IMG/VR virus record: IMGVR_UViG_3300020470_001965
Source of the DNA: a virus
Strand: one strand, 5' to 3'
DNA length: 64,000 bases
This document shows, one piece after another, positions 26,701-36,071 of this stretch; the stretch's first letter is position 1; every line of letters begins with the position of its first letter. The translations under genes were made by a program, and so were the position numbers. The notes under the pieces were generated by a model. That model searched no databases. It was not told where the DNA came from and saw only the letters and a program-made list of their open reading frames with translations.

Positions 26701-26715
26701 CTAACACTGTGTTAA
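23704..26715 (+). CDS. tape-measure-like protein with M23 peptidase domain
   Basis: Helical/Gly-Ala-rich body; HMGVD...GYGN...AHL...GxSSGPHLHWE (M23 HxxxD/HxH). Confidence 0.8.
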   Translation: MAIRSFVSIKPVSVKSPIDEGFASIGKGINRIGTTTQSIGNNFQTVEKLIKFERKWLSDTGRKKLKDTNDEAKDEKKTWKSMFDAIKKKWKKNKRKQAEISSEKGLEEAKEEGKKIVEKAKAPIFKFLKTIGDLLGGLLQWFVGYAALDWLSKTNTESLTKVFRAIFAIGKFIVSIIGFGVNQVLNGLTNLIGRDFGEGPVKRSLRGLLGAFQLIGGIAALKTAQWLIMPWKAITDFRAIGQIFSKQSEIEAENAFSRKQRINGYRDTKTGVIYSKEEYEANMKSARRADAKRGARAGKGMTSNLYESEMNKRFQAQYRGKNKNVLQKGIQRTRIGFKKGPRALQKNFLKPGFQKGLAVVGGATRIAAGLASGEDATSAIGAGAGQAIGGIAGAAAMTAVAPFLGPFAPIIGNALGSFLGEWVGKSLAPVLKPLFEPIGRYFSLLRDYVGTVWKAAGGAEWIGQLGELFGALWSILKPVLGVLWSFIKFVTGASFKAIGKIVGFVVNNAKRLMNPGSIVGGVVDFLTFGLTDADGMSREKGGPVNVPHMAAGGGMIGPQISIMQAIGGALLGGVVGGIAMLGFAAGPAMAFIGGDVARLTKLFGTRGASGGGAGLSSSMGSINTGSLKDSSTQEKERMIEHQKGLIAAANSFNELVIKAAKVFDPEFNQKEDISQNNGQAESGPPVKKVDSGSGFGMEEKAAGGFLGINKKDLMPLMAGGGHIVTSKMGQRGFKLSPGMHMGVDIAAEIGEPLYAFTDGRIEAKGWEKGYGNYVSWVDSNGNGHFFAHLDKPAPVQVGQSVKKGTIVGYAGNTGKSSGPHLHWEMARNPADTGMPKSSVLSRINPLDHFSKEAPFGGTISPNLLERSKPKAKDEASITETKGTEEEVSEKTIAPTSMEQLEKALGDFGKKMAEAGRATYAEDAAAYQAKLVATDVKAMTSRRTQQQKSVEDMMLKARRDKDRNNFIAPPMIVAQRSTQTIINKSGSAGTKVVYTKPSPLLTLC

Positions 26716-26718
26716 TAA

Positions 26719-29640
26719 ATGGCGGGTCCACAAGTTAAAATAGCGAAAGCAGGTCTTTATAAGATGATATCTTATAAAGGAACTTCTGGTACCAAAAAAT
26801 ATACACCAATGACTGCTGCGGTTCAGTTGGGCAAGACTGAGCGTAGCATGCAGATTGGTATGAAGTCTGTTGTTGCAGGTATTAACTCATTAGGATCAGT
26901 ATTAAACAGTATATCTGCTAATTCTGAAGCAATGGTGTCTTCGATGAAGCAATCTATCGGAGCACAGATAGCAGATAATCAAGCACTCATAAAGAGAGAG
27001 AAAGAATTAAAGAAAGAAGAAGACGCACGTAAGGCAAGAGAAGAAAGAGAGAGACGGAAGAAAGAAGAGAAAGAAAAGAGAGATGAGGCAGAGAAAGGAT
27101 CTGAAGCCCCTCTATTCAAGAAAATAAGAGAACAATTCAAGGAGAGTGCTAAGTCAGCATTTGGTGGATTCCTCATGGCACTTGCAAGGTTTGCAACTGC
27201 GTTCCTGAAGTTCTTCCTTGTATATAAAGCATTAGATTGGATTGCCAATAATCCTAAGAAGATAGAGAAACTTGCTAAAGGTTTATTTGCACTTGGTAAG
27301 TTTGTATTCAAGGTCACGTCCTTCTTAGTTGGGTCTGGTCTTGATGGTATTACTAAATTCCTAGAGAATCCTCTTAGTTTAAAGGGATTCTTTGGTGCTG
27401 TTCAATTTGTATTATCTGCTGCACCTATATTCATAGGTCTAGCATTCCTTAAGAACCCTGTAGGTACAGTCAAAGCACTTGGTTGGGTCATAGCGTCCTT
27501 AGGTAAGGGCATTATGGGCATGCATAAGCAAGGCAAGCTTATGGGTAGACTGAAGGCATTTAAGTCCACTAGGATGGCAAGACTAGCAGGTGGATTTACT
27601 GCTGGTGCTATGGCATTCACTGGTGCTCAGTTAGATGGATCTAACATGGCAGAGGCACTAGGTGCTGGTGGCGGTGCTATGGCAGGTCAGATGATTGGTG
27701 CCAAAGTAGGTAGCATGATACCTGTACCTGGAGCAGGTGTTATTGGTGGTGTATTAGGTGGTGCTGTTGGAGCACCTGTAGGTAAGGCAATAGGTGGGTT
27801 GATTGAACCTATCGTTGAACCTATGAAGAGATTCTTTGGTATGGTTGGTGATGTATTCAACAATGTTATGGGTGCCATTAAGGAACCCCTCACTGGATTA
27901 TTCCAGGGTATAGCAGATGTAATGAGTACTATATTGGATGTAGTTGAACCACATCTTCCATTGATTGGTACATTGGTTGGTGGTGGATTGAAGATTGTTC
28001 TGACTCCATTCATGTTGATGCTGAAAGCATTGACAGCAGTCCTTAAATTCTTTGCACCTAAGAAAGGAGGTGGTGAGAAAGGTGGAATTGCAGAGGCATC
28101 ACAGAAACGAGCAGCAGGTGGACCTATTGTAGTACCATCACCTATACCGCAGATGGCATCAGGTGGTAATGCAATAGATGCTGGTCCTATTCAGTTAGTA
28201 TCTACATCTCTGAAGAAAGTAACAGAGATGGGTGCAGGTATTGGTAAGGTGATGATACTACCATTCAAAGCTATTGGTATTGGTATACTCTCTGCTATTG
28301 GTATGGTCGGTAGGTTGTTTGGTAGATTCTTACCTGGACCTCTGAAGACTATAATGGCAAACTCACTAGCACCTATTGCTAGAGCGTTTGGTGTCCCTCT
28401 ATCAGTGTTGGGTGCAGATGTTGGTGGCACTCCAAAGGGAGAAGACCAAGGTAAGGAAGAACCAGATTATCAGAAAGAATTACTAGAGATATACACTGGA
28501 GAAGGTGGTGTCCTAGAAAACTTTGGTAAACTATTAGATGTAGTTACTACCAGAGATATGGTTAATAGAGGGTTGGGTGTATTATCTGACCTTAAGACTA
28601 AAGCAGGATTTGCTAAGGGTGGATGGATATCAGGTCCTATGAGTGGATATCCTGTATCACTTGATGGTGGTAGAAGCACATCATTCATTGGTCATGGTAC
28701 TGAGTGGGTAGGATATAAAGGTTTCGCTGCTGGTGGAGCATACGTTGTACCATTTAATACCCCTGCTACTAGGAAGAATGCTGGACTTACTAGCTTAAGG
28801 ATGCGTCAAGCAGCAGCAGGTGGATATGCTTTGCCATTTTCTGCTGGTGGAGCACTAGATCCAACAATACCTAGATTCTCTGCTGGTGGTAAGTTTATGT
28901 CACCTGAAGAGAAGAGAGGATATGAGAAAGGTATGAAGCATACCTGGCACTTCCAGGTGGGTGATAAGGAGTATGGTGCTGCATATACTAAGAGTGGTAA
29001 TGATATTAATATCAAGCAGCTATCTAGGGTAGATGATTCAGGTGGATGGTTTGGATGGGGTCAGAAGAAACCACCTCTACAACCAGGTAGTCCTGAGTTC
29101 AATAAGGTATTAAACTCTGAAGCATTGAGGTATGCTATTGCCAAGCATGCTAATCTGAAGAGTGGTGGTAATAGGAGAGGACATGGTGCGAAGATTGATC
29201 CTAGTCTGATCAATAAGATTACAACTGATAAATTAGCAGGTAGATACTATACGTTTAAGACCACACCTAGAAAAGAAAGAGAGAGACTAGAGGAAGAGCA
29301 TAAGAAAGCACAGGAACCAGTAGAGAGTCTTGAGAAACTTCTCATGGACTTTGGTGCTAAGATGGCAGAGGCAGGTGGACATAATATTGCAGGTGCAAAG
29401 TTAGATGAAGCACAGTTAAAGGAGGTAGAGGCACAGAATCAAAAACAGAAAGATGTAGCAAATGCTGCACAGACAGTGATAGCACAAGAGGTTGACAAAC
29501 CCCCTATTATTACTGGAGGTGGGAATGAGGTTCAAGAGATAGTTGTTCCTGGTTCAACTTCTATGGATGCTGACCCATTCTTAATGCCTAAGTTTGGATT
29601 GGTACCAGAATTTACAACTAACGTATCTGATATGATGTAA
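26719..29640 (+). CDS. second tape-measure-like protein (paralogue)
   Basis: Same architecture as previous gene; shared ALDW and EKxLxDFGxKMAEAG; repeated (F/M)(A/S)xGG motifs. Confidence 0.72.
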   Translation: MAGPQVKIAKAGLYKMISYKGTSGTKKYTPMTAAVQLGKTERSMQIGMKSVVAGINSLGSVLNSISANSEAMVSSMKQSIGAQIADNQALIKREKELKKEEDARKAREERERRKKEEKEKRDEAEKGSEAPLFKKIREQFKESAKSAFGGFLMALARFATAFLKFFLVYKALDWIANNPKKIEKLAKGLFALGKFVFKVTSFLVGSGLDGITKFLENPLSLKGFFGAVQFVLSAAPIFIGLAFLKNPVGTVKALGWVIASLGKGIMGMHKQGKLMGRLKAFKSTRMARLAGGFTAGAMAFTGAQLDGSNMAEALGAGGGAMAGQMIGAKVGSMIPVPGAGVIGGVLGGAVGAPVGKAIGGLIEPIVEPMKRFFGMVGDVFNNVMGAIKEPLTGLFQGIADVMSTILDVVEPHLPLIGTLVGGGLKIVLTPFMLMLKALTAVLKFFAPKKGGGEKGGIAEASQKRAAGGPIVVPSPIPQMASGGNAIDAGPIQLVSTSLKKVTEMGAGIGKVMILPFKAIGIGILSAIGMVGRLFGRFLPGPLKTIMANSLAPIARAFGVPLSVLGADVGGTPKGEDQGKEEPDYQKELLEIYTGEGGVLENFGKLLDVVTTRDMVNRGLGVLSDLKTKAGFAKGGWISGPMSGYPVSLDGGRSTSFIGHGTEWVGYKGFAAGGAYVVPFNTPATRKNAGLTSLRMRQAAAGGYALPFSAGGALDPTIPRFSAGGKFMSPEEKRGYEKGMKHTWHFQVGDKEYGAAYTKSGNDINIKQLSRVDDSGGWFGWGQKKPPLQPGSPEFNKVLNSEALRYAIAKHANLKSGGNRRGHGAKIDPSLINKITTDKLAGRYYTFKTTPRKERERLEEEHKKAQEPVESLEKLLMDFGAKMAEAGGHNIAGAKLDEAQLKEVEAQNQKQKDVANAAQTVIAQEVDKPPIITGGGNEVQEIVVPGSTSMDADPFLMPKFGLVPEFTTNVSDMM

Positions 29641-31283
29641 TGGCTGATAGAAAATCAAGACACCACGAATTAAGAAGATTAGATATTATCTGTCACGAGG
29701 GTACCTCCGCTGAGAAGAAGTATAATATCGAGGCTCTTGTCATGGATTTTCAATATCATGAATCCATTGAGTCTCCATTTCTTCGAGCAGATTTTACTAT
29801 TATAGATGCTGTAGACTTTAATCTTCAGTTACAAGGTGGTGAACCTATCCTGATTGAGTTGGAGACTGAAAGCTCTAAGAGTAAACCACTTAAGGTTGAG
29901 TTACAGGTGTATAAGATAGGTAGTATCATCAAGCAAGAGAGACAGCAGATGTATATCTTGCATTGTGTATCACCAGAGATGTATCATAATGAAATTAAGA
30001 GAGTATTTAAAGCATTTGGACCTGGTAGTAAGAAAGATGTAAATTGTGTACCAAAGTTTATTGCTAAGGAATATCTAAATGCAGATCCTAAGAAATTAAA
30101 GGGTAGTAACTTTGAGGACCATTCAAAGTTTACTTTTATATCCCCTTCATGGAGACCTGTTGATACTATTACATACCTATCAGATAAAGTAACTAGGAAG
30201 GTAAGTAAGAAGTCAGGTGCATCTAGTAAAGGTAGTGAGAAGCAGTCTGGATTCTTATTCTTTGAGAATAGTGATGGGTTTCATTTTAAGTCTATTGATT
30301 CTCTAGCAGAGCAAGATACAAATGGATTCAAGTATACCTACACTCAGTCAGGTAACATGGAAGATGATAAGGATGGTGGACAGTATGTAATTGAGAGTGT
30401 GCAGTATCCTGATAAGGCAAATCATCTACAGAATATGAGGATGGGTACTTATAAGACTTCATACATCAGTATATCCATACCAATGCCTACAGAGAGTCAT
30501 CTTCAGGATGCTGGTAAAACTTCAGGTCAACAAACTACAACTACTACACAGAATACTACTACCACTGCTGGATCTGTTAGTGGTACTGGATCTTTACCTG
30601 ATGATGTAAGTGGTGTTACTAAAGCAGGAGGGACTAGTACTTCACCGTCTGGGACTATAAGACCACCCAAGGCGATGACATTTAATAAATTATTCAGTAT
30701 GGCAAGTACTATTGAATCTCGACCACCACTTAGGGTACCTAAGATATTAGGTGATCTTGAAGCTAAGACTACACCACCTACTAGGACTAAGTTTAGGGCA
30801 TTGCCTGGGTTTAAGAATCAGCAGTCTAAAGCATCATTGTTGAGGTCAGCAACTACAACTACCACATCTACTACTGGTTTTGATACCTCATCTGGAGCGA
30901 GTGGGTCATCATCCACATCCTCTAGTATTACGCAATATTTCAATTCAGATAACGTTAATGATGTCAAACCTCTAGGTGCGACAGCAGGGAAGCAAGAGAA
31001 TCAAAGTACTTCAGCGGTTGCACATTATGCAGCAGCGAGGTATAATCTAATGAGAGCCATACAACTCAATATTGTAGTACCTGGTAATACTGGACTCAAG
31101 GCAGGAGAAATCGTGACTGTGGTTATACCTGCTGCTAAAGAGGAAGGTAAGAATGTGCAGGAGGATTTTAGATACAGCGGTAAATATCTTATTGCTGGTG
31201 TCACCCATGTTTGGAAACCTGCTGGTGAAGGAGTCACTTCAAGACTATCTTTAATCAGGGATTCAACAAAAAAGCAGGGGTAA
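29640..31283 (+). CDS. baseplate hub protein (gp27-like)
   Basis: YHESIESPF..GGE, FLFFEN..GFHFKSIDSL, IVVPGN..LKAG, YSGKYLI..VTH. Confidence 0.75.
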   Translation: MADRKSRHHELRRLDIICHEGTSAEKKYNIEALVMDFQYHESIESPFLRADFTIIDAVDFNLQLQGGEPILIELETESSKSKPLKVELQVYKIGSIIKQERQQMYILHCVSPEMYHNEIKRVFKAFGPGSKKDVNCVPKFIAKEYLNADPKKLKGSNFEDHSKFTFISPSWRPVDTITYLSDKVTRKVSKKSGASSKGSEKQSGFLFFENSDGFHFKSIDSLAEQDTNGFKYTYTQSGNMEDDKDGGQYVIESVQYPDKANHLQNMRMGTYKTSYISISIPMPTESHLQDAGKTSGQQTTTTTQNTTTTAGSVSGTGSLPDDVSGVTKAGGTSTSPSGTIRPPKAMTFNKLFSMASTIESRPPLRVPKILGDLEAKTTPPTRTKFRALPGFKNQQSKASLLRSATTTTTSTTGFDTSSGASGSSSTSSSITQYFNSDNVNDVKPLGATAGKQENQSTSAVAHYAAARYNLMRAIQLNIVVPGNTGLKAGEIVTVVIPAAKEEGKNVQEDFRYSGKYLIAGVTHVWKPAGEGVTSRLSLIRDSTKKQG

Positions 31284-31336
31284 ATACTCAAGTATACTAT
31301 AATAAATAGTTCGTATAATAGTAAGGGGCAAACTCG

Positions 31337-31573
31337 ATGACTCATTACGCAACCATCGAAGATCATATCGCTGCTGACCAAGCAATCGTTGATGATCCAC
31401 AAACTAATCCTGCGGCACGTCGTCACTATAAGGAAGAATTACATGATCTTATAGAGTACGAAGAGCATCATCACGATGAAATCGTAGCAGGTGACCACCA
31501 CGATCCTAACTGTATCGAATTATTCTGTGACCAACATCCAGACGAGCCTGAGTGCTTAATCTACGATGATTGA
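31337..31573 (+). CDS. cp12: CP12 Calvin-cycle inhibitor
   Basis: ELFCDQHPDEPECLIYDD C-terminal CP12 motif. Confidence 0.92.
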   Translation: MTHYATIEDHIAADQAIVDDPQTNPAARRHYKEELHDLIEYEEHHHDEIVAGDHHDPNCIELFCDQHPDEPECLIYDD

Positions 31574-31667
31574 TACTTCATGGTCATCCATTAGAATGTT
31601 TCTCATACTTGTTATGGGTGTGGTATGGTTCTATCTGTTAAATGTAGAACTACGAAGTGATGACTGA
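31566..31667 (+). CDS. small membrane peptide (33 aa)
   Basis: MIDTSWSSIRMFLILVMGVVWFYLLNVELRSDD; fills gap with overlaps. Confidence 0.5.
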   Translation: MIDTSWSSIRMFLILVMGVVWFYLLNVELRSDD

Positions 31668-31920
31668 AGAATGGAGAGAAGAATACAAGGGTTATACTTC
31701 ATCGAGATATGAGTTAGACCTCTTGGAGAATGGACCCAAGAGTCTAGCTCAGTCTTGGATGATGGGTGCTTTGTATAATAAATGGAAGAAGATGAAGGGT
31801 ATTAAAGACCCAGAGCCACCAAATTGTCAATCGTCATTTAAAGAGTGGAATGATAACGTACGCGACACTTATGAGGGGTCGGTATCGGAATCAGAGACAG
31901 GCATTCTCGAATCCGAGTAA
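31657..31920 (+). CDS. hypothetical protein
   Basis: LLENGPKSLAQSW..EPPNCQSSFKEW. Confidence 0.7.
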   Translation: MMTEEWREEYKGYTSSRYELDLLENGPKSLAQSWMMGALYNKWKKMKGIKDPEPPNCQSSFKEWNDNVRDTYEGSVSESETGILESE

Positions 31921-32308
31921 GTGGCCTCAAATAGATATCGATATTACGACACCTGCTAAGGATATAATCATAGTTAAATCATGGTACAAGTATAAGGGTG
32001 AAGACAATCCTTATAATAAGATAAGGTATAATTGGAAACAGGTAGATGAAAACATCGTCTATAGTGAAACTTATAATCTTATTCATGATTGTCCTTCCTG
32101 TCCTTTCCTATGGGTTTGGGATGGGCAATGGTGGACAGGGACTACAGATGGAGAATGCATCCAAGACACAACAAGGATAGTAACCTCTATCAGATTTAAT
32201 GGTATGGAGTATCGTGTCAAAGATGTAGGATATAATATAGATACGGGTAAGCAAGTTTATGGAAAAGACCCAAGTGAAGGTGAATTCTTCTTTCAAAGTA
32301 TACAATGA
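31850..32308 (+). CDS. cpeT: CpcT/CpeT-family phycobilin lyase-like protein
   Basis: G.Y.N..QAFSNPSKWP..SWYKY....PY..D.GY....G..VYG....F.F. Confidence 0.8.
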   Translation: MITYATLMRGRYRNQRQAFSNPSKWPQIDIDITTPAKDIIIVKSWYKYKGEDNPYNKIRYNWKQVDENIVYSETYNLIHDCPSCPFLWVWDGQWWTGTTDGECIQDTTRIVTSIRFNGMEYRVKDVGYNIDTGKQVYGKDPSEGEFFFQSIQ

Positions 32309-32816
32309 TTTCCTACCAGCTAGTGACTTTAGTTTGGTACAACAAACATTTGCATCAGATTCATTCCCGTGGTATTGGGGACAGAATGTATTAAGTGAGG
32401 ACTATACGACTAGCGATTCGTATAGATGTAGTGAGGAAGATAATTTTCAATTCGTTCATTGGATATACACAGACGCTAGACCTATTAATGAGTATTTTGA
32501 TACAGTGGTACCTATTATTAATAAGTTAAGGGTCGGTGCTATCTGTAAGATTAAAGCAAATCTAAATCCTAGGACTGAAGAGACAGTAGAGCATGGGTTT
32601 CATTGTGATCAGGATTGGATTGGTACTAAGACTGCTGTATACTATGTTAACACATGTAATGGATATACTCTCTTTGAGGAGAGTGGTGAGAAGGTATATA
32701 GTAAAGCGAATAGATTAGTTGTATTTGATGGTCCTACAAGTCACACTGGCAGCACATGCACAGATGAGAAGAGAAGGATAGTTATCAATTTCAACTACTA
32801 TGAAGTAGATAAATAA
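32259..32816 (+). CDS. 2OG-Fe(II) oxygenase
   Basis: FPWY, HGFHCD, TAVYYVN.CNGYT.F, NRLVVFDG..H, RRIVINFN. Confidence 0.8.
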   Translation: MEKTQVKVNSSFKVYNDFLPASDFSLVQQTFASDSFPWYWGQNVLSEDYTTSDSYRCSEEDNFQFVHWIYTDARPINEYFDTVVPIINKLRVGAICKIKANLNPRTEETVEHGFHCDQDWIGTKTAVYYVNTCNGYTLFEESGEKVYSKANRLVVFDGPTSHTGSTCTDEKRRIVINFNYYEVDK

Positions 32817-32833
32817 AAGAAAACAATATTATT

Positions 32834-35590
32834 ATGTCTCAGGTACAAGGTCCAAGTAAGTCGGACTTCCTAGGTAAGGATGGTTACACTTGGTGGGTAG
32901 GAGAAGTTGAGGACATCAACGACCCTATGCAACTAGGTCGTGTTCGTGTGCGTGTCCTTGGTTGGTATACTGGACATACTGAGAAGCAAGCATATCTTAC
33001 AGATATTCCAACAGAGATATTACCTTGGGCTACTTGCTTACTACCTTGTGACTCTGCACAAACTAAGTCAGCAGGTACTACAACAGAATTACAACCAGGC
33101 GCATGGGTAATAGGTTTCTTCCTTGATGGTGAAGAAGCACAGTTACCATGTGTCTTAGGTGCATTCCGTGGAATGCAGAAGAAAGAAGATGATAAGAAGA
33201 GGACTACTGTAGCATCTGGTGAAGATGCTGAAGCTAAGAAGACTAATACACCTGGTCAGAGAGACTTATCTGATCAAGATAAGTTTGGAGGTCACCCCTT
33301 CCCTAAGTTACAGAGTGTTACTCCAACAGATGAGAGTGGTGCTCCAGAGGAAGCACGTGGACCTGGTATAAACACAGGAGAGGCAGTTACGCCTGGTAAT
33401 GTTGTAATGAATCCTATCAAGCCACCTGTTAACGCAGAGGGTGTTGCTGATGGTGTTGCTGGTCCTGCTGGTAAAGGATTTGAAACTGACTTAACAAGAA
33501 TGCTCACTGAATTAGGTGAGATGACTGCTATGGCAGCATCTGGACCTGGTGGGTTTATATCAGTTATTACAGGTAATAAGGTAGCAGGTGATAAAGTTAG
33601 AGAGCACCTTGGTAGAATTACTAACTTCCTTGCAGGTGGTATATCAGGTATCCTTGCACCACTCAAGGAGATGCTAGCAAAACTCATTGCAGAGATTGTG
33701 GGTATGCTAGTTAAGATTATATCTCAGTTTATACCTATTGTTGTCATCACTACTGTGATGAAGTTCCTTGAGCAGATCTTTAAGATCTTCTGTATGGATA
33801 CACCTATGTGGTTTGGACTGGTGCAGGCAGCGTTATCGGATACTGCGAACTTTGCGAACCAAATAGCTAGCCTTGCTGTGAACAAAGTAGCAGAAGCAAT
33901 GTCAGGTATTGACTCTGCTGTTAAGGGTGTTACCAACAGAGTATTGAATGGTATTACATCTGCAATGAATCGTGTAAGAGACGTAGCAGGTGATGTCATC
34001 AGTGCTGTTAATACTGCTAAAGGTATGGTAGGGGCAGCAAAGAGACTGGGTGAAACTGTCCAAATGATATTTGAGTTTGACTTTACTTCACTAGACTGGG
34101 GTAGTCTCATTCAGATTCTTATTGCTATACTAGGTTTACTCTTCAAGAAGTCGTGTAATAGGAAGATAAAACGACCGAAGTCGAAGATGTGGTTCCCTCT
34201 CATAGGTACCACGCAATGCGATAATGTAGAAGATGCTATAAAAGGTACGCCATACGAGACTGTTGATCATTTATATGATGGTAGTCCTGCCACCTCTGGT
34301 AAGGGAAGTTTCATTGATAAGTTGTTTGAGAATATCAATCCTTATCTGATGCAATCAGTATCTCATTTGAATGGTGCAAGAGAAATTAATGATGCTACAC
34401 CAGGTAAAGAGAAGCAGATTATATCTGGTCCTGGCGGTGTTTCTACATTCCAAGATGCTTTTGGTAACGAGCACAAGAATGTCCCTAACAATGAAACTAA
34501 GATCATTGCTAAGGACAAGTGTGAGACTATTAAAGGTAACTATTCACTGACTGTTGAAGGTGACATGTATCTTAAGGTCATGGGTAACCTACATGAAGAG
34601 GTAACAGGATCTAAGAATGAGCACAACTCACAAGGTCCACAGGCAGAGGCAGAAGGAGAATCAAAAGCACCAGACTTGAATACTCAAGGTGGGTCTGTGC
34701 AGGCACAGGACACTAATGTTACTGGTTCAGGTGGTGGTGGATATACTGTAGTTGCTGACGCATCATCATTAGGTGGTGGACCATCGTCTGATTCAGGTGG
34801 TGGAGGTGGTGGTAGCAGTGACTCAGGTGGGTCTGCTGACATGTATCGTCATCAAAGAGATAAAGATAGGACTGAGTTACTCAGGTTGAATAACATTGGT
34901 GGTTTCTATCCAGTAGAAGATATTCCATTCGCACCTGGTGCTGACCACATGGGTAGAACACCTACAGGTCCACAGTTGGGTGCAAAGTTACAAGATACTA
35001 AAGAGCAGAAGTCAGCGGCACGTAAGGAAGGTGACCATGACATAGCATATACTGGTGAGGTTAAGATACAGGGTGCTAAGGTTAGTATCGCTGCTATTGA
35101 GTCGTTGATGATTAACTCTCAAAACGTCAAGATAGAAGGTAATACTATTGAAAACATCGCTGACGGTGAGATAGTCAATCAGGCCAACTGGATAACATCA
35201 TTCTTAAATGCTGGTAGGTTTGAGTTTATTGGTCTCTTTAACCCATTTGCAGCATTGACTGGACAATTTACCATTGTCAAGGGTAGTATAATAGATATCA
35301 CATGTGACATGCCATTCCCTGCTGTTGCACCACCTGCACATGTCAGGATAGCAATCGGCACCACTGTCCCTGCTTCACAGATTGACATAATTGCTGGTAG
35401 CACCAGTGGAGCACACGCAGAATTCATCGCAGCACCTAGTGGTGTCATTGGTGAGTTTGTACCACAAGGAAGTATCGTAAACCAGGTAGTGACTGGACTC
35501 TCATCATATTCTGTAGCGTCAGGATACATGGCAACAGGATGCGGTTTCGGACCTCATCAGGTCTATGGCTTGCCATTGCTGCTGAACTAG
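32834..35590 (+). CDS. gp5: baseplate central spike gp5
   Basis: WWVGEVED.NDP.QLGRVRVR..LPWA..V.GFFLDG..AQ.P OB-fold; C-terminal beta-helix repeats (KGNYSLTVEGDMYLKVMGN). Confidence 0.88.
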   Translation: MSQVQGPSKSDFLGKDGYTWWVGEVEDINDPMQLGRVRVRVLGWYTGHTEKQAYLTDIPTEILPWATCLLPCDSAQTKSAGTTTELQPGAWVIGFFLDGEEAQLPCVLGAFRGMQKKEDDKKRTTVASGEDAEAKKTNTPGQRDLSDQDKFGGHPFPKLQSVTPTDESGAPEEARGPGINTGEAVTPGNVVMNPIKPPVNAEGVADGVAGPAGKGFETDLTRMLTELGEMTAMAASGPGGFISVITGNKVAGDKVREHLGRITNFLAGGISGILAPLKEMLAKLIAEIVGMLVKIISQFIPIVVITTVMKFLEQIFKIFCMDTPMWFGLVQAALSDTANFANQIASLAVNKVAEAMSGIDSAVKGVTNRVLNGITSAMNRVRDVAGDVISAVNTAKGMVGAAKRLGETVQMIFEFDFTSLDWGSLIQILIAILGLLFKKSCNRKIKRPKSKMWFPLIGTTQCDNVEDAIKGTPYETVDHLYDGSPATSGKGSFIDKLFENINPYLMQSVSHLNGAREINDATPGKEKQIISGPGGVSTFQDAFGNEHKNVPNNETKIIAKDKCETIKGNYSLTVEGDMYLKVMGNLHEEVTGSKNEHNSQGPQAEAEGESKAPDLNTQGGSVQAQDTNVTGSGGGGYTVVADASSLGGGPSSDSGGGGGGSSDSGGSADMYRHQRDKDRTELLRLNNIGGFYPVEDIPFAPGADHMGRTPTGPQLGAKLQDTKEQKSAARKEGDHDIAYTGEVKIQGAKVSIAAIESLMINSQNVKIEGNTIENIADGEIVNQANWITSFLNAGRFEFIGLFNPFAALTGQFTIVKGSIIDITCDMPFPAVAPPAHVRIAIGTTVPASQIDIIAGSTSGAHAEFIAAPSGVIGEFVPQGSIVNQVVTGLSSYSVASGYMATGCGFGPHQVYGLPLLLN

Positions 35591-35625
35591 TGTATAATAG
35601 AGGAGTTGTGAGACCCCCTGCACCT

Positions 35626-35823
35626 ATGAGCGACGATACCTATCTTGAGCATGTCTGGGTTAATATCCCGAAACGTGAGGTCAAGATTATGGATGATGAA
35701 GGACGAGATGAAACCGTCCAGTGGAAATTTGATGATGAGGGTGCAGAGGGATTCACCGAGACTGTCTCTCATTTCCGAGAGTTCATCCCAGAAGAAATGA
35801 TTACCTATTTACCACACCGATGA
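35626..35823 (+). CDS. hypothetical protein
   Basis: MSDDTYLEHVWVN..; TATAAT upstream. Confidence 0.65.
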   Translation: MSDDTYLEHVWVNIPKREVKIMDDEGRDETVQWKFDDEGAEGFTETVSHFREFIPEEMITYLPHR

Positions 35824-36071
35824 ATATAATCGCACTATCACAAGCGGAGTTTGCAGGGAATGTGGACTTCGCTTTTACTTTGGCAGGAAAGGGACATACC
35901 CTCAAAGTAACACTTGATAATGGTAAAGTATTATTAGTGTCACCTGTAGCTACGCAACTACCAGAAGGTGAGGTCAAGATACCTGCACCAGAGGAGTTTG
36001 TTCCTGACCCTGTAGGCACACGTCAGTTTGTGGATGAAGCACTTGCTGACATGACTGGACCAGGGTTCTGA
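35820..36071 (+). CDS. hypothetical protein
   Basis: Coupled 83-aa ORF. Confidence 0.65.
   Translation: MNIIALSQAEFAGNVDFAFTLAGKGHTLKVTLDNGKVLLVSPVATQLPEGEVKIPAPEEFVPDPVGTRQFVDEALADMTGPGF

Noticed and set aside
23832-29015. Multiple antisense ORFs of 70-174 aa
   Set aside because: Shadows of Gly/Ala-rich sense codons; no independent signals.
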